64,000 nucleotides of DNA from Thiobacillus sp. (lineage in GTDB: Bacteria > Pseudomonadota > Gammaproteobacteria > Burkholderiales > Thiobacillaceae). Position numbers and translations under genes: made by a program. The stretch is taken from the NCBI GenBank assembly GCA_018263115.1, contig JADFDC010000007.1, forward strand, positions 36,638 through 100,637, in the 5' to 3' direction. Each line of letters starts with the position of its first letter. Within the stretch, counting starts at the first letter, position 1. Positions 41,653-50,447 of this stretch are shown piece by piece. A model generated the notes under the pieces. It did no database searches. It saw nothing but the letters and a program-made list of their open reading frames with translations, and was not told the origin of the DNA.

Positions 41653-41682
41653 AAAAAACGGCGCATCAGGCGCCGTTTTTTT
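41653..41682. terminator. bidirectional intrinsic terminator shared by convergent genes
   Basis: AAAAAACGGCGC-ATCAG-GCGCCGTTTTTTT. The stop codon of the K+ channel gene lies in the loop. Confidence 0.75.
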
Positions 41683-42502
41683 CTGAATCTGATTCAGCGC
41701 CCTGCCAGTAGCCGCCACACTTGCTTGTCAGCTGCGCCATCATCTCGCGCAACTCAACCATCTCCTGACGGAGAATCTTGATTTCCTGGTGCATCTCGCG
41801 CCGTATCAATTTTTCCTCCTTGCCGATGAAGAAGGCGGCGATGGAGGCGGTGACCAGCGACATGACGCCGTAGGTCAGCACAATCACTGCGCCGGCAAAC
41901 AGCCGGGCAGGGCCGGTGGTGGGCACCAGATCGCCATAGCCCACAGTCAGGCCGCTGATGAAAGCTAGCCAGACGCCATCCCAGTAGGAGTGAATGGTGG
42001 GCTCCAGCCAGTAAAATCCGCCACCGGCCATGAGCATGAGTCCAAATCCGATCAACAGGATGTAGGGAGTGGAGCCTGGGGTTAGCGCGCGAAGAGAATG
42101 TGCCAGCCGGGTAATCAAGAGGCCGACGACGGCCAGCCGCAAGAGCCTCAACAATGCAGAAAGATCCGTGGGCAGATGCGGCATCAGGACTGATGTGGCT
42201 GTCACAAAGACAATGGTTACCGAAAGCCAGTTGTACGCGAGATACCGCTTCTTCTGTCTGCACACCGATAACATGATGATGAGTTCGACCATAAAGGTCA
42301 GCATCACGACTGCATCCATGATCCAGCCGATGCGGTTGAGAGGAGGTTCTTCAGACAGTACGGTAAGGTAAAACGCCGGGATCGCCAGCAGCGTGGCGAT
42401 CATCACCGGCCAATGGAGCCGCTTTTCCCATTCATAGGCCTGTGGCGTATCGTGCGGCGGTACGCCCGCCAATCCCAAAGCGAGCCGGGTATTCAGTGAC
42501 AT
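41666..42502 (-). CDS. voltage-sensor-type potassium channel (ion transport family)
   Basis: Selectivity filter TVGYGD and an S4-like arginine-repeat helix LLRLLRLAVVGLLITRL, with multiple TM segments. Confidence 0.85.
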   Translation of the reverse strand: MSLNTRLALGLAGVPPHDTPQAYEWEKRLHWPVMIATLLAIPAFYLTVLSEEPPLNRIGWIMDAVVMLTFMVELIIMLSVCRQKKRYLAYNWLSVTIVFVTATSVLMPHLPTDLSALLRLLRLAVVGLLITRLAHSLRALTPGSTPYILLIGFGLMLMAGGGFYWLEPTIHSYWDGVWLAFISGLTVGYGDLVPTTGPARLFAGAVIVLTYGVMSLVTASIAAFFIGKEEKLIRREMHQEIKILRQEMVELREMMAQLTSKCGGYWQGAESDSEKNGA

Positions 42503-42574
42503 GGCATTAGCTTTTGCAGTAAACCTTATAATTCTAGACCGCTGTTTCCTTCTTACCTATAACCGGAGCCACTC

Positions 42575-43657
42575 ATGAGCGTTAACCGCCGGGATTTTCT
42601 CAAGGGCGCGGGCGCAACCGGCGCACTAACGCTGGCTGGCGGCGCGCAGGCGGCCGACCTGCCGGCCATCAACTGGCGGCTGGCGTCCAGCTTTCCCAAA
42701 AGTCTGGACACGATTTTCGGCGCGGGCGAAGTCATGGCCAAACGCGTCGCCCAGATCACCGGCGGCAAATTCAACATCCGCGTCTTCCCGGCGGGAGAAC
42801 TGGTGCCCGGCCTGCAGGTGCTGGATGCGGTTCAGGCCGGTACTGTCGAAGCGGGTCACTCGGCGGGCTATTACTACGTCGGCAAGAACATGGCCTTTGC
42901 CTTCGATACCGCGCTGCCGTTTGGCCTCACCGCGCGCCAGCAAAATGCCTGGATGTACGCGGGCGGTGGCATGGCCTTGCTGCGCGACTTCTACAAGGGT
43001 TACAACGTCGTGCAGTTTCCCGGCGGCAACACCGGCGTTCAGATGGGTGGCTGGTTCCGGCGCGAGATCAAGTCGCTGTCTGACCTGCGCGGCCTGAAAA
43101 TGCGCATCCCCGGCATCGGCGGAAAAATCATCGCCAAACTGGGCGGCGTGCCGCAAACCCTGCCGGGCTCGGACATCTATCCCGCGCTGGAGCGCGGCGC
43201 GCTCGATGCCGCCGAGTGGGTGGGGCCGTATGACGACGAAAAGCTGGGGTTCCAGCGCATTGCCAAACACTACTACTACCCCGGCTGGTGGGAAGGCGGG
43301 CCGCAGCTTTCCTTCTACGTCAACCTGCAAAAATGGAATGCGCTGCCCGAGCCCTACAAGGCCGCGCTGGAAGCGGCTGCCGCCGAGGCCAACGTGCGCA
43401 TGCTGGCGGAATACGATGCCAAAAACCCGCCTGCATTGATGCGGCTGGTGCAGCAGGGCGTCAAGCTGCATGCCTATCCCAAGGACGTCATGCTCGCCGC
43501 GCGCCGCACCGCGTTTGAAATCTACGAAGAAGAAGCCGGAAAGAATCCGGCATTCAAGACCTTGTACGACAACTGGAAAAAATTCCGCGATGCCGAAATC
43601 CAGTGGTTCAAGATCGCCGAAGCGCCGTATCAGAATTTTCTGTACTACGTTAAATAA
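42575..43657 (+). CDS. TRAP transporter substrate-binding protein (DctP-type) with Tat signal
   Basis: Twin-arginine signal NRRDFLKGAGA..LAGGAQA and a DctP-family body (W.L.S.FP......G....A..V...TGG.F). Confidence 0.88.
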   Translation: MSVNRRDFLKGAGATGALTLAGGAQAADLPAINWRLASSFPKSLDTIFGAGEVMAKRVAQITGGKFNIRVFPAGELVPGLQVLDAVQAGTVEAGHSAGYYYVGKNMAFAFDTALPFGLTARQQNAWMYAGGGMALLRDFYKGYNVVQFPGGNTGVQMGGWFRREIKSLSDLRGLKMRIPGIGGKIIAKLGGVPQTLPGSDIYPALERGALDAAEWVGPYDDEKLGFQRIAKHYYYPGWWEGGPQLSFYVNLQKWNALPEPYKAALEAAAAEANVRMLAEYDAKNPPALMRLVQQGVKLHAYPKDVMLAARRTAFEIYEEEAGKNPAFKTLYDNWKKFRDAEIQWFKIAEAPYQNFLYYVK

Positions 43658-43666
43658 TTAACCTTA

Positions 43667-43695
43667 TCCCCTCTCGCTTTGTGGGAGAGGGTGAT
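43667..43695. repeat. small REP-like hairpin carrying the CCCTCTC/GAGAGGGTGA motif
   Basis: TCCCCTCTC-GCTTTGTGG-GAGAGGGTGA. The 10-mer GAGAGGGTGA recurs at 44131-44140. Confidence 0.45.
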
Positions 43696-43712
43696 ACTTT
43701 CAAGGAAAAATC

Positions 43713-44003
43713 ATGCTGAAAAAAATTGCGTTGTCCGCGTTGTTCGTCTCCGGCGTCGCCGCCGCCTTCCCCTGGTATTCCGGCGGCGGGTTTCGCGGCG
43801 CGGAACTCATGAACCCGCAGGAGCAGAAAGACCACGTCGCCAGACTGCAATCCATGAAATCCCTCAACGAATGCCATGCCTACATGAATGCGCATGAAGT
43901 GGAATTGCAGAAACGTGCCACGGCCGCCCATGCAAACCTCCCCCCGGTCAAGGGCGATCCCTGCCAGGTCATGCTGCAGATGGGCCGGATCAAAAACCAG
44001 TAA
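43713..44003 (+). CDS. small secreted protein (96 aa), unknown function
   Basis: Signal-peptide-like N-terminus MLKKIALSALFVSGVAAA and two Cys residues. It is bracketed by the two CCCTCTC-type repeats. Confidence 0.5.
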   Translation: MLKKIALSALFVSGVAAAFPWYSGGGFRGAELMNPQEQKDHVARLQSMKSLNECHAYMNAHEVELQKRATAAHANLPPVKGDPCQVMLQMGRIKNQ

Positions 44004-44020
44004 GCCTGCCCAAGGTTTTA

Positions 44021-44140
44021 CTCCCCTCTCCCTTGAGGGGGCGAGACGGGGAATTCGCGGAGCATGCTCCGCGCCCGTCGAGCGGCTCTGGCATGCAGGC
44101 CAGAGCGCGCCCTGCAAGGGAGGGGTGGGGGAGAGGGTGA
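44021..44140. repeat. compound structured element: outer 9-bp stem enclosing two perfect hairpins
   Basis: CCCTCTCCC (44024-32) pairs with GGGAGAGGG (44129-37). Inside are the 16-bp palindrome GCGGAGCATGCTCCGC (44057-72) and the hairpin GCTCTGGC-ATGCAG-GCCAGAGC (44085-106). Confidence 0.5.
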
Positions 44141-44163
44141 ATCTCAAGCAAGAGGAGGATTGC

Positions 44164-44460
44164 ATGCATACCACTTTGGTCCACATCCACGTCAAACCCG
44201 AATACCTCAACCCATTCATCGAAGCCTGCCGCCTCAATCGCGAAGCCTCCATTCAGGAACCGGGCAACCTGCGCTTTGATTTACTGCAAGACCCCGCCGA
44301 TCCCACGCGCTTCATCTTCTACGAAGCCTATCGAACAGAAGAAGATGCCGCCGCCCACAAGCAGACCGCGCATTACGCGGCCTGGCGGGATGCGGTGGCG
44401 GAAATGATGGCGGAGCCGAGGCGGGGTGAAAAGATGTTAGGGTTGTTGCCGTGTGGGTGA
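44164..44460 (+). CDS. antibiotic biosynthesis monooxygenase (ABM) domain protein / putative quinol monooxygenase
   Basis: 98 aa with LVHIHVKPE....F........S..EPG.L.F......DP..F.FYE.Y....A...H..T.HY, typical of ABM proteins. AGGAGGA Shine-Dalgarno sequence before ATG 44164. Confidence 0.8.
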   Translation: MHTTLVHIHVKPEYLNPFIEACRLNREASIQEPGNLRFDLLQDPADPTRFIFYEAYRTEEDAAAHKQTAHYAAWRDAVAEMMAEPRRGEKMLGLLPCG

Positions 44461-44513
44461 CTATACCAAGCAACTTCCTCGTCACAGAATAAATGACGCT
44501 TGGCTTTTTATTG

Positions 44514-45095
44514 TTAGCCCACTTCAATACGCACGATCTCAATGCATGCGGGTATCTTAGCGAAGGGCAAGGGGTTCGAAGCGTAGATATTCTCGAAGAT
44601 CTTTACTTCTGCACCAGTAGCAACGCGTCTCAGATGACCCACGCCACTGAATGAAGTGTTCGCATCGTTTCGCAGTTTTGCATTGCGGCCGTGGAACGAC
44701 TCACGTACTTGGCCATTGGCTATGCGCACCGTCAATTCACCGTACATCGCACAGAGAAAGTCGTGTGTCTCTGTTCCGAACATCTGCAATGGATCGACTG
44801 TGTTGTGGATAAGCAGAATTGCAGGTAAACCGACCTTGGCGGCTGCTTGCAATTGCCCGCGCGCTTCTGAAATCTTGTGTCGAACATGAGAGCCAACGGT
44901 CCTAGTGTGGACGCCGCCAGGATTGAAGCCACGCTGGCTTTCAATTTGCTCGATTTCAACATGAACCACCTCATTTACAAATCGCAATTCATAGTCGGGA
45001 GTCTTTCCTGAGCCTCTTGGAATCGGCTTCCAATCGAGGTGATGCTGGGCGCAGAAATCTTCGAAAAGTGCCTCGGATTCAGTCTGTTGTGTCAT
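44514..45095 (-). CDS. hypothetical protein (193 aa); weak PD-(D/E)xK-nuclease-like N-terminal pattern
   Basis: Intact ORF in an AT-richer islet. It has EALFEDF helix, then TPDYEL, then VHVEIEQ spacing, but no clear catalytic Lys. Confidence 0.55.
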   Translation of the reverse strand: MTQQTESEALFEDFCAQHHLDWKPIPRGSGKTPDYELRFVNEVVHVEIEQIESQRGFNPGGVHTRTVGSHVRHKISEARGQLQAAAKVGLPAILLIHNTVDPLQMFGTETHDFLCAMYGELTVRIANGQVRESFHGRNAKLRNDANTSFSGVGHLRRVATGAEVKIFENIYASNPLPFAKIPACIEIVRIEVG

Positions 45096-45191
45096 CGTTG
45101 CGCATCTGTGTTTTGTGCTGCATAACGTCCAAATTCAGTAGGCGGCAGAAAGCGTAGCTTTTTGATGGACCACCAGAATGACTGGTAGGAC

Positions 45192-45722
45192 CTATTCGCC
45201 GGTACGGGCAATGTACACTTCCTTACCAGTGAGTGAATTGAGGTAAACATCTAGGCCCTTTTCATGTCTGAGAAATTTCATCCCCTTTTCGACATGCTCC
45301 GATGGGACAAAACCATATGTTGAACTCAATGAACCCTCGAACACCCACCCCGGTGGGGTTGCGATCTCCGTTTCTTTGCTGCCAGTTAAGCGACATGCTG
45401 CAACGCGCATACCTGCGGCGCCCATGTTTACATGACCGAATTCAAGCCAACTGCATTGGGATGTAAGGCCGCTCATTTGATCGGCAACAGCAATATCAAT
45501 TGCCTCATCAACGCGCAAAAACTCTAAGCCATTGCTTTGAAGTCTTCTTACGAACGACTCCACATCTTGTGGGGACATGAATCCAACACGAACTATCTCG
45601 TTATCAGCGCAAAGTGTTTGGTTTGGCACGATGTGCTTGAAGCCTTCCCAGCCTCCTGGAAACTTGTTCCGTATTGCATCCGCACGGATGACTACCGAAA
45701 TGGCTTCAATAAGCACTGCCAT
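45192..45722 (-). CDS. hypothetical protein (176 aa)
   Basis: Intact ORF with AGGAG Shine-Dalgarno sequence (GAAAGGAGTTAGCTAATG) and its own promoter-like region. No family recognised. Confidence 0.55.
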   Translation of the reverse strand: MAVLIEAISVVIRADAIRNKFPGGWEGFKHIVPNQTLCADNEIVRVGFMSPQDVESFVRRLQSNGLEFLRVDEAIDIAVADQMSGLTSQCSWLEFGHVNMGAAGMRVAACRLTGSKETEIATPPGWVFEGSLSSTYGFVPSEHVEKGMKFLRHEKGLDVYLNSLTGKEVYIARTGE

Positions 45723-45831
45723 TAGCTAACTCCTTTCGAAGCTCAACTTCCAATTTACATTTGTACAGGTACACATTTAATTTGTCTAAAGGTGCATAAC
45801 ATCTGACGATGTTTCCTGCTCACTTACTTCA

Positions 45832-47229
45832 TTACCGCCACTCCTTCGGCAGGAAATAATCCCCGTAGCCATCCGACTCCATCGGGATGTCGATGACGCC
45901 GCTGGATACAGCCTGCGCGTGATGGCCGACGAGTTCCGGGAAGCCAATGACCAGTCCCACGACGACCAGTTGGATGACCAGAAAAGGCACGGCGCCCCAG
46001 TAGATGTCGGTGGTTTTGATTTCCGGGGGGGCGACGCTTTTGAGATAGAACAATGCAAATCCGAACGGCGGGTGCATGAACGAGGTCTGCATGTTGACGG
46101 CGAGCATGACGCCGAACCAGATCGGGTCGATGCCGAGCTTGAGTGCCACAGGCAGCAGCAGCGGCACGATGATGAAGGCGATCTCGAAAAAATCGAGGAA
46201 GAAGGCCAGCAGGAAGACCATGATGTTCACCGCGATGAGGAAGCCGATGATGCCGCCGGGCAGGTGATTGAACAGGCCTTCCACCCACAGGTCGCCGCTG
46301 AGTCCGCGGAAGGTGAGCGAGAACACGGTGGAGCCGATGAGAATGAAGATGACGAAGCTGGTGAGCCTGAGCGTGGTGTCCATCGACTGGTTGAGGATGT
46401 TCAGCTTGAGCCGGCCCTTGATGGCGGCTAGTGCCAGCGCGCCCGTGGCGCCGAGCGCGCCGCCTTCGGTTGGTGTGGCGATGCCGAGGAAAATGGTGCC
46501 CAGCACCAGAAAGATCAGTACCAGCGGCGGCAGCAGCGAGGTGAAGATTTTGGTGGTGAGTTGCGAGGAAGTGAGTGTGCGCGCGGACGGGGGCAGGGGA
46601 GGCGTCGCTTCGGGTTTGTACAGCGAGACGACGAAAATCAGCAGCATGAACAGCCCGACCAGGATCAGGCCGGGCAGCAGCGCGCCGGTGTACATGTCTC
46701 CCACCGACGCACCGAGCTGGTCGGCGAGCACGATCAGGACCAGACTGGGTGGAATGATCTGCGCCAGAGTGCCGGACGCGGCGATGACGCCGGAGGCAAG
46801 GCGTTTATCGTAACCGTAGCGCAGCATGATGGGCAGCGAAATCAGGCCCATCGCAATCACCGAAGCCGCCACGACGCCTGTGGTGGCAGCCAGCAGCGCG
46901 CCGACCAGAACCACCGAATAGGCCAGCCCGCCGCGCACGCGGCCGAACAACTGCCCCAGCGTGTCGAGCAAATCCTCGGCCATGCCGGAGCGTTCCAGGA
47001 TCAATCCCATGAAGGTAAAGAAAGGAATCGCAAGTAAAGTCTGATTGCTGGCAATGCCGTACACGCGTTCCGGCAATGCCTGCAAAAACGAAAAGTCGAA
47101 CAGGCCAAGATAGATGCTGAGCGTGGCGAACACGAGTCCGTTTGCAGCCAGCGAAAACGCGACGGGGTAACCCAACAGTAAAAATACCACCAATGACAGG
47201 AACATCACGGGCGCAAGGAATTCCATCAC
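45832..47229 (-). CDS. TRAP transporter large permease (DctM)
   Basis: Polytopic 465-aa protein with typical DctM segments. It overlaps the dctQ stop. Confidence 0.9.
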   Translation of the reverse strand: MMEFLAPVMFLSLVVFLLLGYPVAFSLAANGLVFATLSIYLGLFDFSFLQALPERVYGIASNQTLLAIPFFTFMGLILERSGMAEDLLDTLGQLFGRVRGGLAYSVVLVGALLAATTGVVAASVIAMGLISLPIMLRYGYDKRLASGVIAASGTLAQIIPPSLVLIVLADQLGASVGDMYTGALLPGLILVGLFMLLIFVVSLYKPEATPPLPPSARTLTSSQLTTKIFTSLLPPLVLIFLVLGTIFLGIATPTEGGALGATGALALAAIKGRLKLNILNQSMDTTLRLTSFVIFILIGSTVFSLTFRGLSGDLWVEGLFNHLPGGIIGFLIAVNIMVFLLAFFLDFFEIAFIIVPLLLPVALKLGIDPIWFGVMLAVNMQTSFMHPPFGFALFYLKSVAPPEIKTTDIYWGAVPFLVIQLVVVGLVIGFPELVGHHAQAVSSGVIDIPMESDGYGDYFLPKEWR

Positions 47230-47765
47230 ACTTCCTCCGCCGGTTTTTCGTTGATGGGAGGAATATCACCCGTCAGCACGCCAATTCGCTTGATGATTTC
47301 GGAGAAGCCCTGCAACAGCAGCAAGCCAAATCCCAGCGGCAGCAACAGCTTGATCGGCCAGCGGGCGAGACCCCCGGCGTCGGGCGACATTTCGTTGATG
47401 CGCAAGGATTCGACAAGCAAGGGCCACGACAACCAGGTGAGCAGTCCCGCCACCGGCAGCAGAAACAGTACGCCACCCAGCAGGTCGATCCACGCCTGGC
47501 CTTTGGGTGAAAGCCGCTGATAGAGAATGTCGATGCGCACATGGCCGTTGTGCCGCAGTGTGTAGCCCGCACCAAGCAGGAACATCGCGCCAAATCCATA
47601 CCATTGCGCTTCCAGCCAGGCGTTTGAGCCCTCGCCCAGCAGGTATTTGGCCAGCGCGTTGCCGGTGGCGATGAGCGTGGTGACGAGCACCAGCCACATC
47701 ACCAGTTTCCCCACGCTTTCATTCAGTGAGTCAATCCATTGGCTGAGTTTCAGCAGCATATTCAT
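47226..47765 (-). CDS. TRAP transporter small permease (DctQ)
   Basis: A 4-TM 179-aa protein directly upstream of and overlapping dctM. Confidence 0.85.
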   Translation of the reverse strand: MNMLLKLSQWIDSLNESVGKLVMWLVLVTTLIATGNALAKYLLGEGSNAWLEAQWYGFGAMFLLGAGYTLRHNGHVRIDILYQRLSPKGQAWIDLLGGVLFLLPVAGLLTWLSWPLLVESLRINEMSPDAGGLARWPIKLLLPLGFGLLLLQGFSEIIKRIGVLTGDIPPINEKPAEEV

Positions 47766-48388
47766 TGCAAGGCGCCTGTATCTTTCAGTAATTCCGCCAA
47801 CCGCTCGGCCACAACCCGGTAGCCCTCTGCATTGGCGTGGATGGGATCGGATTTCAGGCTGTTGTCTTTCAACACATCATTGAAGATTTCGCCTTCGTAG
47901 GGCAGGCTGAATTCTTCGGCAAGTTTTTCGTAGAAATCCGGCGCGCCCGAAAACAGTTTTGGCTCAGGCACGCCGATGAGCACGACATTTGCGCCAGTGG
48001 ACTTGATTGACTGAATCATCTGGCGCAGATTGGATTCTGTTTGCGCCGTGTCCTGCCGCTTCAGCATGTCGTTGCCGCCCAGGCAGAGCAGAACCATTTT
48101 TGGTTGATGCTCTTCAAGAATTTCCGGCAGGCGTTCCAGTCCTTCCGCCGTGGTTTCGCCGGGTACGCCGGCATTGACGACCGTGCGCTGGATGAGGCGC
48201 GAGAGGGCGGCGGGATATGCCTGATCTTCGGTTGTGCCGGTGCCGTGGGTGAGGCTGTCGCCGAATGCGACGATGGTGTCGCCATCATTCAATCGCGGAA
48301 GCTGCGGAGGGCGGTCGCAGGCTGCGAGCAGAGTTAGGAATACACCTGCGAGCGCGAGCAAGGTTGTTCTGTGTAGCCCTCTGATCAC
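47762..48388 (-). CDS. tesA: SGNH/GDSL hydrolase (TesA-like arylesterase / acyl-CoA thioesterase I)
   Basis: Signal/lipoprotein-like N-terminus, block I FGDSLTHG, GGND, and C-terminal D..H (DPIHANAEGY). Confidence 0.82.
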   Translation of the reverse strand: MIRGLHRTTLLALAGVFLTLLAACDRPPQLPRLNDGDTIVAFGDSLTHGTGTTEDQAYPAALSRLIQRTVVNAGVPGETTAEGLERLPEILEEHQPKMVLLCLGGNDMLKRQDTAQTESNLRQMIQSIKSTGANVVLIGVPEPKLFSGAPDFYEKLAEEFSLPYEGEIFNDVLKDNSLKSDPIHANAEGYRVVAERLAELLKDTGALQ

Positions 48389-48415
48389 TGATCCCTGGCC
48401 TCTGATTCCTGATCC

Positions 48416-49762
48416 CTAGTTGCCCGCCACTGTCATCCGGTTAACCAGAATCGAACCCGTCTGCTTGCTGCCGCGCCGGTCGACGTCCTTGCCGATGGCG
48501 AGGATGCCCTTGTACATGTCCTTGAGGTTACCGGCGATGGTGATTTCTTCCACCGGGTATTGAATCTCGCCGTTTTCCACCCAGAAGCCCGCCGCGCCGC
48601 GCGAGTAATCTCCGGTGACCATGTTGGCCCCCTGGCCCAGCATTTCGGTCACCAGCAGGCCCGTGCCCATTTTTCTCAGCAGGCTGGGCAGATCGAGCTC
48701 GCCGGGCTGCAATAAAAGATTGTGGCTGCCGCCGGCGTTGCCGGTGCTTTGCATGCCCAGCTTGCGCGCGGAGTAGGTGGAAAGAAAGTAGCCCTGCACC
48801 ACGCCGTTTTTCACCACGTCGCGTGCGGCAACTTTCACGCCTTCGTTGTCGAACGGACAGGAGCCCAGGCCCTTGGTAATGAAGGGGTCTTCGCGCAGCG
48901 TGACAATGGGAGAAAAAATGGTTTGTCCCAGACTGTCGAGCAGGAAGGAGGACTTGCGGTACAGACTGCCGCCCGACACGGCGCCGACAAAGCTGTTCAA
49001 CAAGCTGATGGCCACCGGCGCTTCGAACACAACGGGGCAGGTGCGCGTATCCAGCTTTCGGCCATTCAAGCGCCGCACGGTGCGTTCGCCCGCCACCCGG
49101 CCAATGTGTTCCGCCGATTGCAAATCGTTTGCATCGCGTGCGCTGCTGTACCAGTAGTCGCGCTGCATGGCGCCATTTTCGGCGGCAATCACCGCGGCGG
49201 AAATGCTGTGGCGCGAGCCGGCATAGCCGCCCATGAAGCCGAGCGAGTTGGCGTAGATGAAGTGCGAAGCCTGGGTCGAGACGCTGGCGCCTTCGGAGTT
49301 TTCAATGCGTTTGTCGACGGCAAATGCAGCCGCCTCGCAGACTTTGGCCATTTCCGCGGCTTGTTCCACGCTGATGTCCCAGGGATGGAACAGGTCCAGC
49401 TCCGGCCGCTCCGTGGCCAGCCAGTCCTGATTCGGCAAACCGGCCGCTTCGTCTTCCGCGGTGTGGCGAGCGATGGTGGCGGCTTTTTCCACTGTCGCTT
49501 TCAATGCGGCGTCCGACAAGTCCGACGTGCTGGCGTGGCCCTTGCGGTTGCCCATGTATACGGTAACGCCCACGCCCTTGTCCTTGTTGTACTCGACGGT
49601 TTCGATTTCGCTTTTGCGGACCGTTACGGTCTGGCCGAAGCCTTCGGAAACTTCGGTATCGACGGCGGACGCGCCTGCGGCCTTTGCATGGTCAAGCACA
49701 AACCGGGCAATGCGCTGGAAATCATCTTGCGAATAGGAAAAACGGGCGTCAGACATGGGCAA
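48416..49762 (-). CDS. pmbA: metalloprotease PmbA (TldE)
   Basis: PmbA/TldD family pattern over the full length. It is divergent from yjgA as in E. coli. Confidence 0.9.
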   Translation of the reverse strand: MPMSDARFSYSQDDFQRIARFVLDHAKAAGASAVDTEVSEGFGQTVTVRKSEIETVEYNKDKGVGVTVYMGNRKGHASTSDLSDAALKATVEKAATIARHTAEDEAAGLPNQDWLATERPELDLFHPWDISVEQAAEMAKVCEAAAFAVDKRIENSEGASVSTQASHFIYANSLGFMGGYAGSRHSISAAVIAAENGAMQRDYWYSSARDANDLQSAEHIGRVAGERTVRRLNGRKLDTRTCPVVFEAPVAISLLNSFVGAVSGGSLYRKSSFLLDSLGQTIFSPIVTLREDPFITKGLGSCPFDNEGVKVAARDVVKNGVVQGYFLSTYSARKLGMQSTGNAGGSHNLLLQPGELDLPSLLRKMGTGLLVTEMLGQGANMVTGDYSRGAAGFWVENGEIQYPVEEITIAGNLKDMYKGILAIGKDVDRRGSKQTGSILVNRMTVAGN

Positions 49763-49824
49763 GTCAACGTAAAATAAACGCCTATTCTACGTCCCTATTT
49801 CTGATTCACGACACCAGGCCCGTC

Positions 49825-50361
49825 ATGCGCGATCAAGATCAAGAAGCTCCCGGCGAGGAACAGCCGGAGCCGCCATCCAAAACCAAAATCAAGCAGGCCA
49901 TGCTGGCCTTGCAGGATTTGGGCGGCGAACTGGTCAAGCTGCCGCAAGCCAAGCTGGAAAAGCTGCCGCTGCCGGATGAACTGCGTCGTGCGGTTGAAGA
50001 CTACCGGCGGTTTACCAAGAACGGCGCGATCAGGCGGCAGATGCAATATATCGGCCGCCTGATGCGCGGCATCGACCCGGAACCCATCGCGCGTCAGTTG
50101 TCAGCATGGAAAGGCGATTCCGACGAAGAGAAAGCTTTGCTGCACCGAATCGAGCGCTGGCGCGACCGGCTGATCGAACACGACGACGCGTTGACGGATT
50201 TTCTGCGGGATTATCCCGATGCGGATGCCACCCAGTTCAGGCAGCTCATCCGCAATGCCCGCCAGGAGGCTGCGCAGAGCAAGCCGCCAAAATCCAGCCG
50301 TGCGCTGTTCAGGCTGATCCGGGAGTCGCTGGAACCCGCCCCCGGCCCGGATGAAAATTAA
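49825..50361 (+). CDS. yjgA: ribosome-associated protein YjgA (DUF615)
   Basis: SKT..K........LG..L..L......LPL...L..A.......K...A..RQ.QYIG.LMR pattern. The start is taken at ATG 49825. Confidence 0.85.
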   Translation: MRDQDQEAPGEEQPEPPSKTKIKQAMLALQDLGGELVKLPQAKLEKLPLPDELRRAVEDYRRFTKNGAIRRQMQYIGRLMRGIDPEPIARQLSAWKGDSDEEKALLHRIERWRDRLIEHDDALTDFLRDYPDADATQFRQLIRNARQEAAQSKPPKSSRALFRLIRESLEPAPGPDEN

Positions 50362-50447
50362 CAAAAAGTGAATTTCCTCGGCCGCCATTACAGGCTAAGC
50401 TGAAGCTTGATGTTTTACGGCGATGTAACAATAAAAAGGGGGCTGTC

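Noticed and set aside
45096-45191. Integron attC-like site between the two unknown ORFs of the islet (GCATAAC / GTTATGC)
   Set aside because: GTTATGC does not satisfy the GTTRRRY core. I could not pair an inverse core (RYYYAAC) with an extrahelical-base stem, and there is no intI gene or cassette array in the window.
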